Source of the DNA: Lentimicrobiaceae bacterium
GTDB lineage: Bacteria; Bacteroidota; Bacteroidia; Bacteroidales; UBA4417
DNA length: 64,000 nt
Assembly (NCBI GenBank): GCA_033809755.1
Contig: JAPXLB010000004.1
Coordinates: forward strand, 3,030-67,029
Direction: 5' to 3'
Each line of letters opens with the position of its first letter. Positions within the stretch are counted from its first letter, which is position 1. The notes under the pieces are model-generated. The model was not told the DNA's origin, did no database searches, and saw nothing but the letters and a program-made list of their open reading frames with translations. The position numbers and the translations under genes were made by a program. Positions 35,449 to 45,200 of this stretch are shown here, in pieces.

Positions 35449-36388
35449 TTTTTGATGAATTTGAGAACAAAAACTCCTTTTCTTCCTTTGATAAGGCATT
35501 ATAACCTTTTTCAGAAATCTTATCTAATATTTTATCAATTTTCTCCTGATTTTCGCGTTTTTTTCTGTTATAGTCTTCGTCGCTGACGTACGTTTCGGTG
35601 TAGATATTTTCAGATTTTTTCTTTTTCTTCCTTTTGGGAGTAGAAAAATTTCTTTTACGCTTTTTTTGTCTGAAACTGTTGACAATATTAGCTTTGTTTC
35701 TAATCCACAATCCGTAAATAAACCCACACAAAGCACCACCCAAGTGAGCGAAATGTCCGCCGGCATTACCTTCTTTAATCATTAAAACATCAAGAATAAC
35801 GGTAAAAATTGCAATATGTTTAAGTTTGATGTTTCCAATTAACAGCAATCTGATATTGTAATTTGGAGCTATTGTTGCGGTTGCTATGGTAATACCCAAA
35901 ATTGCCGCCGATGCACCGATAGCGTTGGCACCATCTACCAAAGGTTTGAATACGGGAAAAATGTTATAAGCAGCGATAAAGAAGAATGAGCCGATAAAAC
36001 CGCTTATGAAGTACAAAAGCAATAATTCTTTTTTGGATTTGAATTCTAAAAATATTTTACCAAACCAGTATAGCCACAGCATATTGAAAAGCAAGTGCCA
36101 AAATGACGTATGAACAAACATGTAAGTTAGAATAGTCCAAGGTCTTGCAGCCAATGCAGATAAGGAAGCAGGCACTGCAAAATATTTCAAAATTTGTTCA
36201 GTCCAAGTGTAACCGCCGCTTTCAGGGTCTTGAAACAAAAAATACAAAACAGAAATCAAGCTTAACAAAACCCAAATAGTGACGTTTATTATAATTAATT
36301 GCGCCACTATAGGTTTGGATTTAAACTTCTTAATCAAATCCTTGATGCTTGTGTTATTTATGTTTGTATTTGAAAAATTATTCATCAA
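35441..36388 (-). CDS. Rhomboid-family intramembrane serine protease with a basic C-terminal tail
   Basis: 315-aa ORF with HTSFWHLLFNMLWLYWFG, a GASAAILG (GxSx) serine motif and a HFAHLGGALCG histidine motif. Confidence 0.8.
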   Translation of the reverse strand: MMNNFSNTNINNTSIKDLIKKFKSKPIVAQLIIINVTIWVLLSLISVLYFLFQDPESGGYTWTEQILKYFAVPASLSALAARPWTILTYMFVHTSFWHLLFNMLWLYWFGKIFLEFKSKKELLLLYFISGFIGSFFFIAAYNIFPVFKPLVDGANAIGASAAILGITIATATIAPNYNIRLLLIGNIKLKHIAIFTVILDVLMIKEGNAGGHFAHLGGALCGFIYGLWIRNKANIVNSFRQKKRKRNFSTPKRKKKKKSENIYTETYVSDEDYNRKKRENQEKIDKILDKISEKGYNALSKEEKEFLFSNSSKNG

Positions 36389-37254
36389 TAGCTAAAGTTA
36401 GAAGATTTTTTATCTTTTCTTCGCCAAATCAGTATCAAAATTATGCCGAAAATCATACCGCCTAAGTGAGCGAAGTGTGCAACATTTCCGCCCCTTCCAA
36501 AAATTCCTGAAAGAAGTTCTATAATGCCGAAAGCAATTACAAACCATTTTGCTTTCATGGGGACAAAAAAGTACAAATATATCATTGCGTTTGGGAACAT
36601 CATACCAAATGCTAACAGCAAACCATATACAGCACCCGAAGCTCCGACAACCACCGGCTGATTTAAGAAGTGAATTTTGTATTCGCTCATAAAATTCAAT
36701 ACGTTTTGCATTGCAGCTGTGTCGTATGGATTATTTACGAGTATTGAATAATTGATTTTAAACTGTTCGAAAAGAGATGTGATATTTCCGGTTTCGTCGT
36801 AAATAGCAAACCTGTGTGTGCTGACTATTTGCTGCAAATTTTCTATATTGGGTTGGTAAATAAAATTGTCGATTAACTGAACTACCGGAGTTATTTGAAA
36901 ATAGAAAACAACATAGTGAACAATAGCAGCACCAATGCCTGTAAAGAAATAATAAATCAAAAAACGTTTAGGACCCCAAGTTTGCTCCAAAATACTTCCG
37001 AACATCCACAAGGCAAACATATTGAAGAAAATGTGAGAAAAACCGCCATGCATAAACATGTAAGTTATAAACTGGTAAAACTCAAACTTTTCAGCTTTAA
37101 AATAGTGTAAACCAAGAATGTCAATCAAGTCTATATTCATTGAGTATCCCAAAGATATGGTAGCCAAGTAAAAAATACCGTTTATGATAATAAGGTTTTT
37201 TACTACTGGAGGTAATATGCTAAATCCGCCTGGCGAGTACTGTCTGTTTTCCAT
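36385..37254 (-). CDS. Rhomboid-family intramembrane serine protease
   Basis: 289-aa ORF with HGGFSHIFFNMFALWMFG, GASGAVYGLL and HFAHLGGMIFG. Confidence 0.85.
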   Translation of the reverse strand: MENRQYSPGGFSILPPVVKNLIIINGIFYLATISLGYSMNIDLIDILGLHYFKAEKFEFYQFITYMFMHGGFSHIFFNMFALWMFGSILEQTWGPKRFLIYYFFTGIGAAIVHYVVFYFQITPVVQLIDNFIYQPNIENLQQIVSTHRFAIYDETGNITSLFEQFKINYSILVNNPYDTAAMQNVLNFMSEYKIHFLNQPVVVGASGAVYGLLLAFGMMFPNAMIYLYFFVPMKAKWFVIAFGIIELLSGIFGRGGNVAHFAHLGGMIFGIILILIWRRKDKKSSNFSY

Positions 37255-37258
37255 AAAA

Positions 37259-39100
37259 TTATTTTAGTAAAGTTTCAATTTCTTCGTTCTTTAACACAGC
37301 GTACGTTTTTGAGCCATTTAAAGCAAGTTGCGGACTTGGCGATGCAAAAAGTTTGTCAACGATGCTTTGCATAGCTTCGGGTGTTAAGGTGTCGCCGTAT
37401 TTTATTGATGAAGAAATAGCAAGTTTGTGGGCTATTTGCTGAACCAAATCGGTTGAAGAGGCGTTGATGCCTTCTTTGTGCATATTTATTATTGAATCAA
37501 TCACATTTTCAACGGAAACGTTTTTTGTTATTTCGGGAACCGAAATAATTGCAAAACTGTTATTACCCAAATCGCTGATTTCAAGTCCGAACTCGTTTAA
37601 AGAAGGAAGCAGCTCTTGCAAAATAATTCCTTCCGACGGCGAAAGATGCAGAGTTTTAGGAAATATCAGTTTTTGTGAGTTTGTGATGGCTTTTGACTTT
37701 GAAACAATAATTTGATTGTATAAAATTCGCTGATGTGCCTTTTGTTGGTCTATTATCATTATCCCTGAAGGCAAATACGTTACAATATATTTATTATTTA
37801 TTTGTATGAAATTAGCACTTTGTTTGTTGTGCATGTATTCACTCGAGTCACTTTCACTTCCACCTTTATCGTCGATGTTATCTATGTTATCAAGTGTGTT
37901 GTCGGCAATACCGCTGCCTGCGGCAGCCGAAAAAAGATTTTCCCAACCTTTTGCATTACCTCTTAGAGGGTCTTTTACGGGCTTGCTTCCCGAAGTTTTA
38001 AAGGGATTATAGTCAGGGTTGATGTTAACAGTAGGAGGTTTCGGAATATAATTTTTAGGAAGATCGGTGTTGAATGCGGTTTCGGCATCAAAGTTTAGCT
38101 GAGGCGAAAGCGAGTACATACCCAAAGCGTGTTTTACAGCCGAGCGTAGCGAGGCGTATAATATCTGACTGTGTTGAAACTTCACTTCGGTTTTTGTCGG
38201 GTGAATATTGACATCAATTTCATCTTCTCTGATTTTCAGATAAATGAAATATTTGGGAACCGTAGCATCGGGAATTAAATCCTTGTAAGCTTGTTCTACT
38301 GCGTGATGTAAATAAGGTTGCCTTATAAATCTATTGTTTGCAAAAAAATACTGCGAACCCTTTGTCTTGCGTGCTATATCGGCTTTGCCAATGTAACCGC
38401 TAATATCAACATATTCGGTTTGTAGCGATATTGGCAACAGGTTTTCTTCAAACTGTTTTCCGCCGACTTGTATAACACGCTGTTTTGTATTACCTTTAAG
38501 GTAGTGAGCCACAACTTTTTCGTCGGAAATAAATTCAAATTCAATTTCGGGATACACTAAAACCACGCGGTTAAGTTCTTCAAAAATATGTCCGTATTCC
38601 ACCTTGTCCGATTTAAGGAAATTACGTCTGGCAGGAACATTGAAAAAGATGTTTTTAACGCTAAACGAAGTGCCGTTTTGAAACGAAATAGGCGTTTGAG
38701 AAATTAGTTTAGCACCTTGAATTTCTATTTTAGTACCGATTTCTTCGTCGGCTTTTTTGGTTTTAAGCTCAACATGAGCAATAGCTGCGATAGAAGCAAG
38801 AGCTTCGCCTCTAAATCCCAATGTTTTAAGTTTAAATAAATCGTTGGCGTTGCTAATTTTAGATGTGGCATGTCTTTCAAAACAGATGCGTGCGTCCATA
38901 TCGCTCATGCCGCAACCGTTATCGATGACTTGTATTAGCGTTTTACCGGCGTCTTTAATAATAAGTTTTATCTGGTCGGCTCCCGAATCTATGGAGTTTT
39001 CTAACAATTCTTTAACAACCGACGCAGGTCGTTGTATGACTTCGCCGGCTGCAATTTGATTGGCAACACTATCGGGTAGTAATTTTATTATATCAGACAT
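37259..39100 (-). CDS. mutL: DNA mismatch repair protein MutL
   Basis: 613-aa ORF with LPDSVANQIAAGEVIQRPASVVKELLENSIDSGA, DNGCGM and GFRGEALASIA. Confidence 0.95.
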   Translation of the reverse strand: MSDIIKLLPDSVANQIAAGEVIQRPASVVKELLENSIDSGADQIKLIIKDAGKTLIQVIDNGCGMSDMDARICFERHATSKISNANDLFKLKTLGFRGEALASIAAIAHVELKTKKADEEIGTKIEIQGAKLISQTPISFQNGTSFSVKNIFFNVPARRNFLKSDKVEYGHIFEELNRVVLVYPEIEFEFISDEKVVAHYLKGNTKQRVIQVGGKQFEENLLPISLQTEYVDISGYIGKADIARKTKGSQYFFANNRFIRQPYLHHAVEQAYKDLIPDATVPKYFIYLKIREDEIDVNIHPTKTEVKFQHSQILYASLRSAVKHALGMYSLSPQLNFDAETAFNTDLPKNYIPKPPTVNINPDYNPFKTSGSKPVKDPLRGNAKGWENLFSAAAGSGIADNTLDNIDNIDDKGGSESDSSEYMHNKQSANFIQINNKYIVTYLPSGIMIIDQQKAHQRILYNQIIVSKSKAITNSQKLIFPKTLHLSPSEGIILQELLPSLNEFGLEISDLGNNSFAIISVPEITKNVSVENVIDSIINMHKEGINASSTDLVQQIAHKLAISSSIKYGDTLTPEAMQSIVDKLFASPSPQLALNGSKTYAVLKNEEIETLLK

Positions 39101-39112
39101 GGCAAGTTATTT

Positions 39113-39379
39113 TTAGCGTACGAAAAAGAAATAAATCAGAAATGCAGCCAATAAAATCATTACTACAAGTCGCATTGGCTTTCTTCTTCGCTTACGACGC
39201 TCTTCATTCCTTGTTATTTCTCTTTTAAAACCTGTCTTAACAATTTGTCCGGGAACATAATCATCTCCTGAAGCATATCTCTTACGTATCTCATCAAACT
39301 TTTCCCTTTCGGGATCGTAAAAACGAGGTTTATAATTAAAGCTTCGCGGTTTAGACAGTTTAGGATTTAAAATAGACAT
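39113..39379 (-). CDS. Small basic protein with a C-terminal membrane anchor, unknown function
   Basis: The ATG at 39379 (MSILNPKLSK...) is preceded by TACCTTTG (a -7 box) at 39393-39400 on the minus strand. The track start at 39394 is a TTG. Confidence 0.45.
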   Translation of the reverse strand: MSILNPKLSKPRSFNYKPRFYDPEREKFDEIRKRYASGDDYVPGQIVKTGFKREITRNEERRKRRRKPMRLVVMILLAAFLIYFFFVR

Positions 39380-39501
39380 CTCTTTTTTTTGCAAAGGTAT
39401 GAAATTTCATAAAAAAAAGTGTATTTACGCATCACTTAACTTTATTTAGTTAAATGTCTACGGCGCACCCAGATTTATTTTTTTTATTGTTCCAAAAACT
39501 A

Positions 39502-39509
39502 TAACTTTG
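39502..39509 (+). promoter_or_regulatory. Candidate -7 promoter box TAACTTTG
   Basis: Matches TAnnTTTG. It lies 19 nt upstream of the ATG at 39528. Confidence 0.35.
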
Positions 39510-39527
39510 TAAAAAATAACGAAGAGT

Positions 39528-39881
39528 ATGTACGAAAACATTGTAGTAGTTGGCGATAAGATATTAATAAAACCCCTGACCGAAAGCAACAAAACCAAGG
39601 CAGGCTTGTATTTGCCTTCTGGATATTCGGAAAAAGATGAGATAAAACAAGGCTACGTTATAAAAACCGGTCCTGGCGTTCCTTACCCTCACTTTGATGG
39701 CGATGTCGAGCCATGGAAAAGCGAAGACAATACTACCAAGTACATGCCTTTGCAAGTCAAGGAAGGCGATTTGGCTTTTTTCTTAGCAAGATACGCTTAC
39801 GAAATAAAATACAAGCAAGAAACCTTGTTTGTTGTGTCGCAGCATCATATTTTGCTGGTAGAGAGAGATTTTGATTTATAG
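39528..39881 (+). CDS. GroES/Cpn10-family protein (orphan, no adjacent groEL)
   Basis: 117-aa ORF. VVGDKILIKPLTESNKTKAGLYLP resembles the GroES mobile-loop region. It is longer than canonical GroES. Confidence 0.55.
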   Translation: MYENIVVVGDKILIKPLTESNKTKAGLYLPSGYSEKDEIKQGYVIKTGPGVPYPHFDGDVEPWKSEDNTTKYMPLQVKEGDLAFFLARYAYEIKYKQETLFVVSQHHILLVERDFDL

Positions 39882-39886
39882 AAATA

Positions 39887-39970
39887 GTAGTGGTGGGTGA
39901 TGGGTGGTGGGTGGTGGGTGTTTTTTTTGAGATGTGAGGTTGCTGGCGATTCCTTTCACTCGTCACTCAC
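39887..39970. repeat. Heptamer repeat arm (GGTGGGT/GGTGATG) plus T-run plus TCCTTTCACTCGTCAC box, on the left flank of the four-helix-bundle gene
   Basis: gtagtggtgggtgatgggtggtgggtggtgggtg tttttttt gag...gcgattcctttcactcgtcactcac. Confidence 0.7.
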
Positions 39971-40326
39971 TTAATTTTTACTTCTAATTTTTTGATTAGG
40001 TTAATCAGTTGTTTTCTGGTTACCACAATTAGTTCTATAATATCATCCACCGATTGTATATATTTTTGTCTATAAGCTATGTATATTTGAGTTTCTAATT
40101 CAGCTATTGAACCAAGAGAGATATAACAAAACTGAATGTACTCCTTTGTATTCTTTCTATTAAAACCTTCTGCAATATTAGATGGAATAGAAACAGCGCA
40201 TCTCCTTATTTGGGATGTTAGAGAAAAAACTTCATCTTTAGGGAACTGTTTAGTCAACACATATACTTTGTCGACTAAATCCATTGCATTGTTCCAAACA
40301 TCCATATCTTTAAACGAAAGTATCAT
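39967..40326 (-). CDS. Four-helix-bundle protein (23S rRNA intervening-sequence protein family)
   Basis: 119-aa ORF. FPKDEVFSLTSQIRRCAVSIPSNIAEGFNRKNTKEYIQFCYISLGSIAELETQ is the hallmark of this family. Confidence 0.85.
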   Translation of the reverse strand: MILSFKDMDVWNNAMDLVDKVYVLTKQFPKDEVFSLTSQIRRCAVSIPSNIAEGFNRKNTKEYIQFCYISLGSIAELETQIYIAYRQKYIQSVDDIIELIVVTRKQLINLIKKLEVKIK

Positions 40327-40345
40327 AATTTTGTCTTTTATTTGT

Positions 40346-40420
40346 GGTCAGAGGTCGGTGTTTTTTGGAGGCGAGTCCTTTCACTCTTCACCCATCACTC
40401 ATCACTCATCACCTTTCACC
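40346..40420. repeat. Heptamer repeat arm (CACCCAT/CACTCAT) plus T-run plus TCCTTTCACTCTTCAC box, on the right flank of the four-helix-bundle gene
   Basis: ggtcagaggtcggtg tttttt ggaggcgagtcctttcactcttcacccatcactcatcactcatcacctttcacc. It abuts the stop codon of the phosphoglucomutase gene. Confidence 0.7.
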
Positions 40421-42159
40421 TAATTAAGTCCCATATCACTAATGATATCATCAAGTTTCTTCTCCAACTTCTCATCAACCGCATCAAAATCGGCTTTATC
40501 TTTCAATTCTTCCTTAACGCTGAAATAAAACTTTATTTTAGGTTCGGTTCCTGATGGTCTTACACTGATTTTGCTTCCATCTTCCAACAAAAATTGCAAC
40601 ACATCGCTTGAAGGTAAGTCAATGGTTGTAACCGCATTAGTTTCAATATCGGTACGTTTGTGAGTTTTGTAATCTTTTATAGTAACAACCTTGCTGCCGT
40701 TGATATATTCGGGAGGGTTATTGCGGTAGTTATCCATCATGCTTTTAATTTCTTTTTTACCGCTAATACCTTTGCGTACAATGTTGACAAGTCGTTCTTT
40801 GTAGAAACCGTATTCTAAGTAAATTTCAATTAAAATTTCAAACAGAGACATGTTTCTGCTATTAGCCCAAGCTACGCACTCGGCAAAAACGCTACACGAA
40901 ATAAGTGCATCTTTATCTCTCACGAAATCGCCTACCATATATCCGAAACTTTCTTCGCCACCGCCTATAAACGTCTTTTTACCTTCATTTTCGCGTATTA
41001 TTTTGGCAATCCATTTAAAACCGGTTAAAACATCGTAGTATTCAACGCCGGCTTTAACAGCGATATCGCTCATAAGTTCGGAGGTTACAACGGTTTTGAC
41101 AATAAATTCGTTTCCTGTAAGTTTGTTTTTGTCTTTCCATTGTTTTATCAGGTAATATGTAAGCAAGACGGCTGTTTGGTTGCCGTTAAGCAAAACGTAT
41201 TCGTTTTTATGGTTTTTAAGACCAACGGCAAGTCTGTCGGCGTCGGGGTCGGTTGCTAAAATAATATCGGCATCAACTTTTTCAGCTTTTTTCAAAGCCA
41301 AAGCCATAGCACTTCTTTCTTCCGGATTTGGCGAAACAACGGTTGGGAAATTGCCATCTTGAAATGCCTGCTCTTCTACTAAAATTATATTTTTAAAGCC
41401 AAACTCTTTTAACGCACGCGGAACAGTGTGTAAGCCGGTTCCATGAATAGGAGTGTAAACTATTTTAATGTTTTCGTTTTGTTTGATTACATCGGGTTGT
41501 AAAACGTAAGTTTTCAGTTTGTTAAAATAAGCATTATCAACATCTTCGCCAATAGGAACGATGAGATTATCGTTGCCGTTGAATTTAACTTCTTTCAAAC
41601 CGTTTATTTTGTTCACCCTATCAATAACGTTTGTATCGTGCGGAGGTGTAAGCTGGGCGCCATCGTCCCAATAAACTTTGTATCCGTTGTACTCTTTCGG
41701 ATTGTGCGAAGCTGTGATTACAATACCACTTTGGCAATTCAGATGCCTAACGGCAAATGAAAGCATAGGAGTTGGTCGCGGTTCTTGAAACAAGAATACT
41801 TTAATACTGTTGGCACTAAGCACGTTGGCAGCAACTTGTGCAAAGTATTTGCTGTTGTTTCTGACATCGTAAGCAATAGCCACTTTAATTTCCATATCGC
41901 TAAACGACTCTATAAGGTAGTTGGCAAGACCTTGCGTTGCCATGCCGACTGTGTATTTATTCATACGATAAGAGCCAACTCCCATTATACCACGCAAGCC
42001 ACCGGTTCCAAATTCTAAATTTGCATAAAAGGCTTCGTTAAGCTCTGCAGGATTGTTCTCCATCATATTTTTTATTTCCGACTTGGTTTCGTCGTCGATA
42101 ACGGGGTCGTTTAACCACGCCTGAGCGTTTTTCAAAGTGTTTTCATTTATTGTATTCAT
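40420..42159 (-). CDS. Phosphoglucomutase / phospho-sugar mutase (alpha-D-phosphohexomutase family)
   Basis: 579-aa ORF with GIVITASHNPKEYNGYK (active-site Ser), ATDPDADRL (metal loop), GGEESFGY and RPSGTEPKIK. Confidence 0.9.
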   Translation of the reverse strand: MNTINENTLKNAQAWLNDPVIDDETKSEIKNMMENNPAELNEAFYANLEFGTGGLRGIMGVGSYRMNKYTVGMATQGLANYLIESFSDMEIKVAIAYDVRNNSKYFAQVAANVLSANSIKVFLFQEPRPTPMLSFAVRHLNCQSGIVITASHNPKEYNGYKVYWDDGAQLTPPHDTNVIDRVNKINGLKEVKFNGNDNLIVPIGEDVDNAYFNKLKTYVLQPDVIKQNENIKIVYTPIHGTGLHTVPRALKEFGFKNIILVEEQAFQDGNFPTVVSPNPEERSAMALALKKAEKVDADIILATDPDADRLAVGLKNHKNEYVLLNGNQTAVLLTYYLIKQWKDKNKLTGNEFIVKTVVTSELMSDIAVKAGVEYYDVLTGFKWIAKIIRENEGKKTFIGGGEESFGYMVGDFVRDKDALISCSVFAECVAWANSRNMSLFEILIEIYLEYGFYKERLVNIVRKGISGKKEIKSMMDNYRNNPPEYINGSKVVTIKDYKTHKRTDIETNAVTTIDLPSSDVLQFLLEDGSKISVRPSGTEPKIKFYFSVKEELKDKADFDAVDEKLEKKLDDIISDMGLN

Positions 42160-42200
42160 AGTTCAAAAATTTTTAACAAACAGATTACAAAAGTAAAAAA

Positions 42201-45200
42201 TTATATCCATTTAACCATTTTCATATCGTGCGAATATGGAAGTAACGGATGGGTAGGAGTTATTCTGAATGAAAAGTCGAACACACCCGACATTACAGTT
42301 GGAAATTCAATGGTATAAGTCGCGATATTATCGCCGTTTTTCTCCAAGTAGAATTTTTTTATGCTGATTGGTTCGCCAATTTTATCGTCAACTTTTTGAC
42401 CTAAAATAAGTTCAACTTTAATATTTTGAGGGTCAATTGCGCTAGTATCCAATTTGATAACAGCTTTAAAATTTTCACCTAATTCCAACGGTCTTGCCGT
42501 AGAATCAGGATACGAGACTTCTAAAACTTTTACGTCGTTCCAATAGCGTGCAACTTTATATTTGAATGCTGCAAGTGCTCTAACGTTTTTACAATCGTCT
42601 TTTTTAAGCAAGTTGTGCCTTTTGTCAAGAACAGAGTAAAATTTGGCGTAATAGTCGTCCAATTGCCTTTTCATTGTAAAATGCGGTGCAATTCCGGAGA
42701 TTGTATTCTTAATGTATTGTATCCACTGATGTGGGATTCCATCTTTATCTCTATTGTAGAATATTGGAGCTATCTCATCTTCAAGGTAATTGTAAATGAT
42801 TTCGGCATCGAGCTCATCTTGAAATTTTTGATTATCGAAGGTTCTTTCTTCTGACAGAGCCCAACCTGCATTTTCCTTATAACCTTCTGCCCACCAGCCA
42901 TCGAGTACACTTAAGTTTACAACTCCATTCATAATTGTTTTTTCGCCGCTTGTTCCGCTCGCTTCTAACGGACGAGTAGGAGTGTTAAGCCAAATATCAA
43001 CGCCTTGCACAAGTCTCCTTGATGTAGCCATTGAGTAATTTTCTAAGAAAATGATTTTCCCTACAAATTGCGGCATGTGCGATATTTGAATAATGCGTTT
43101 TATGAGGTCGGAGCCGGCTTTATCGTGAGGGTGAGCCTTTCCGGCAAAAACAAATTGTATAGGTCTATCTTTGTGATTGACAATTTTTTCTAAGCGATCT
43201 AAATCGGTAAACAACAGATGAGCACGCTTATATGTTGCAAATCGGCGAGCAAAACCTATTGTCAGTACGTTGTGGTCGAGTTTTTCGACAATATCAATAA
43301 TTCTTCGCGGACTTGTTTGTGATTTTCCAATATTATCTTGCAGATGCTTTTTAATAAAATCGATAAGAACCTTACGCAAATCTTGCCTTATATCCCATAT
43401 TACTTTATCATCCACATTGTGAATATTTTCCCAATACGTAGGATTAGATTGGTCTTTGAGGAATTCTTCGCCGAAAGTTTCTCTATACAATTTATCCCAT
43501 TTGCTGTTAACCCAGGTAGGATAGTGTATTCCGTTGGTAACGTAGCCAATATGGCTTTCGCTCAAATAGTAGCCGGGATAAAGCGGCTTAAACATTTTTT
43601 GCGTAACTCTGCCGTGTATTCTACTCACTCCGTTCATTTCTTGCGAAAGTTTTGTAGCCAGCACACTCATCGAAAATTTTTCGCCCTGCTTATCTTCGTT
43701 CCATCTACCCAAGTTCATAAAATCGTTCCACGTAATAGTGAGTCTTTCGGGGTAGTGTGCCAAATAAGTTCTCATCATATCTTCGGCAAACTCGTCGTGA
43801 CCGGCGGGTACGGGAGTGTGGGTAGTAAACAATGTTGATGATTTTACCAATTCCAAAGCCTGGAAAAACGACATTTGTTGTGTATTAATATACTTGTTAA
43901 GTCTTTCAACGCCCATAAACGCTGCGTGTCCTTCATTGCAGTGATATATTTGCGGTTGTAGCTTTAACTTATTGATAAGTCTTATGCCGCCAACACCAAG
44001 TAGTAACTCTTGTTTGAAGCGATTTTCCCAATCGCCACCGTACAGTTGGTAGGTCACACTTTTATCAGTTTCGGTATTCTCTTCTATGTCGGTATCCAAA
44101 AGGTATAGAGGAATGCGTCCAACGTTCACGCACCAAGCTTTTGCAGTAAGGTTTCGTCCGGGAAGTGCTATAGATACTGTAAGCCAATCGCCGTTTTCAT
44201 CTCTTACAGGGATAAGAGGTAGAGTGCTGAACTTTTGAGGATGGTACATGGCAATTTGGTCGCCTGATGGAGAAAACGACTGGTGGAAGTATCCGTAACG
44301 ATACAGTAATCCAACGCCTATCATGTTTACGTTAGAGTCGGAGGCTTCTTTAAGATAGTCGCCAGCCAAAACGCCCAAACCACCGGAGTATATTTGCAGA
44401 CTTTCGTGCAATCCGTATTCCATACTGAAATAAGCAATTTGAGGCTCTTTTTGCTCAGATTTCTTATCCATGTAAGCTTTAAAATCGGAGTAAACTTTTT
44501 GAAGTCTTGCCATAAAAGTTTCATTTTCGGTTAGAGCTTCAAGCTCCGAGAGGCGTAAACTTTCTAATAACGCAACAGGATTGTTGTTTAGTTTCGCCCA
44601 CTTTTCTTTATCTATACTCTCAAAAAGCTCAATAGCTTCGGTGTTCCAACACCAATAAAGGTTGTTAGAAAGTTCAAACAAGCCGTTTAGTGCTTCTGGA
44701 ACTTTTAATTTTACTAACACTTTTTTCCATTCGGCTGTGGCGTACTTTTGGCTTTGGGTAATAGTTGTGATATCTGCCTGTTTTTTTAAAAGATAGTCGG
44801 AGCGTCTTGTATTTACTTTTTCAACTGCCAATTTGTAAGTTTCTCTGTAATTTGAAAAAAGATTGTTCCATAGTGCTTTGCGGGCAATAGCAATAGCATT
44901 AAGCCCTAGTTGGGTTTGTTGTTTTTCGGATAAATTTGAAACTCCCGATAATATATTTGAAATATCTTCAACAACGCTGTCGTAATTGCCGTCGGTGCGC
45001 TCCACTACAAACACACCATCGTGATTTTGCAGGTCTTTGCACCACATACCGAACCCTGCCAAAGTTGTAGTTACGGTTGGCACTCCAAATGCAATACTTT
45101 CTAATGGAGTGTAGCCCCAAGGCTCGTAGTATGACGGGAATATGGAAAGGTCAACACCTTTAAGCAAATCCCAATAGGTGAGGTTAAATATACCGTCGTT

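Noticed and set aside
35441-37254. Tandem rhomboid protease genes as a possible novel system.
   Set aside because: Both have ordinary rhomboid catalytic motifs. As far as I recall, the mutL-rhomboid-rhomboid-EEP arrangement is a common conserved housekeeping neighbourhood in Bacteroidota. Nothing unusual is visible in the sequence.
39757-39966. Track ORFs 39757..39966(-) and 40136..40423(+) / 40342..40554(+).
   Set aside because: They are antisense to, or overlap, the GroES-like, four-helix-bundle and pgm genes. Most of their length comes from heptamer repeat sequence.
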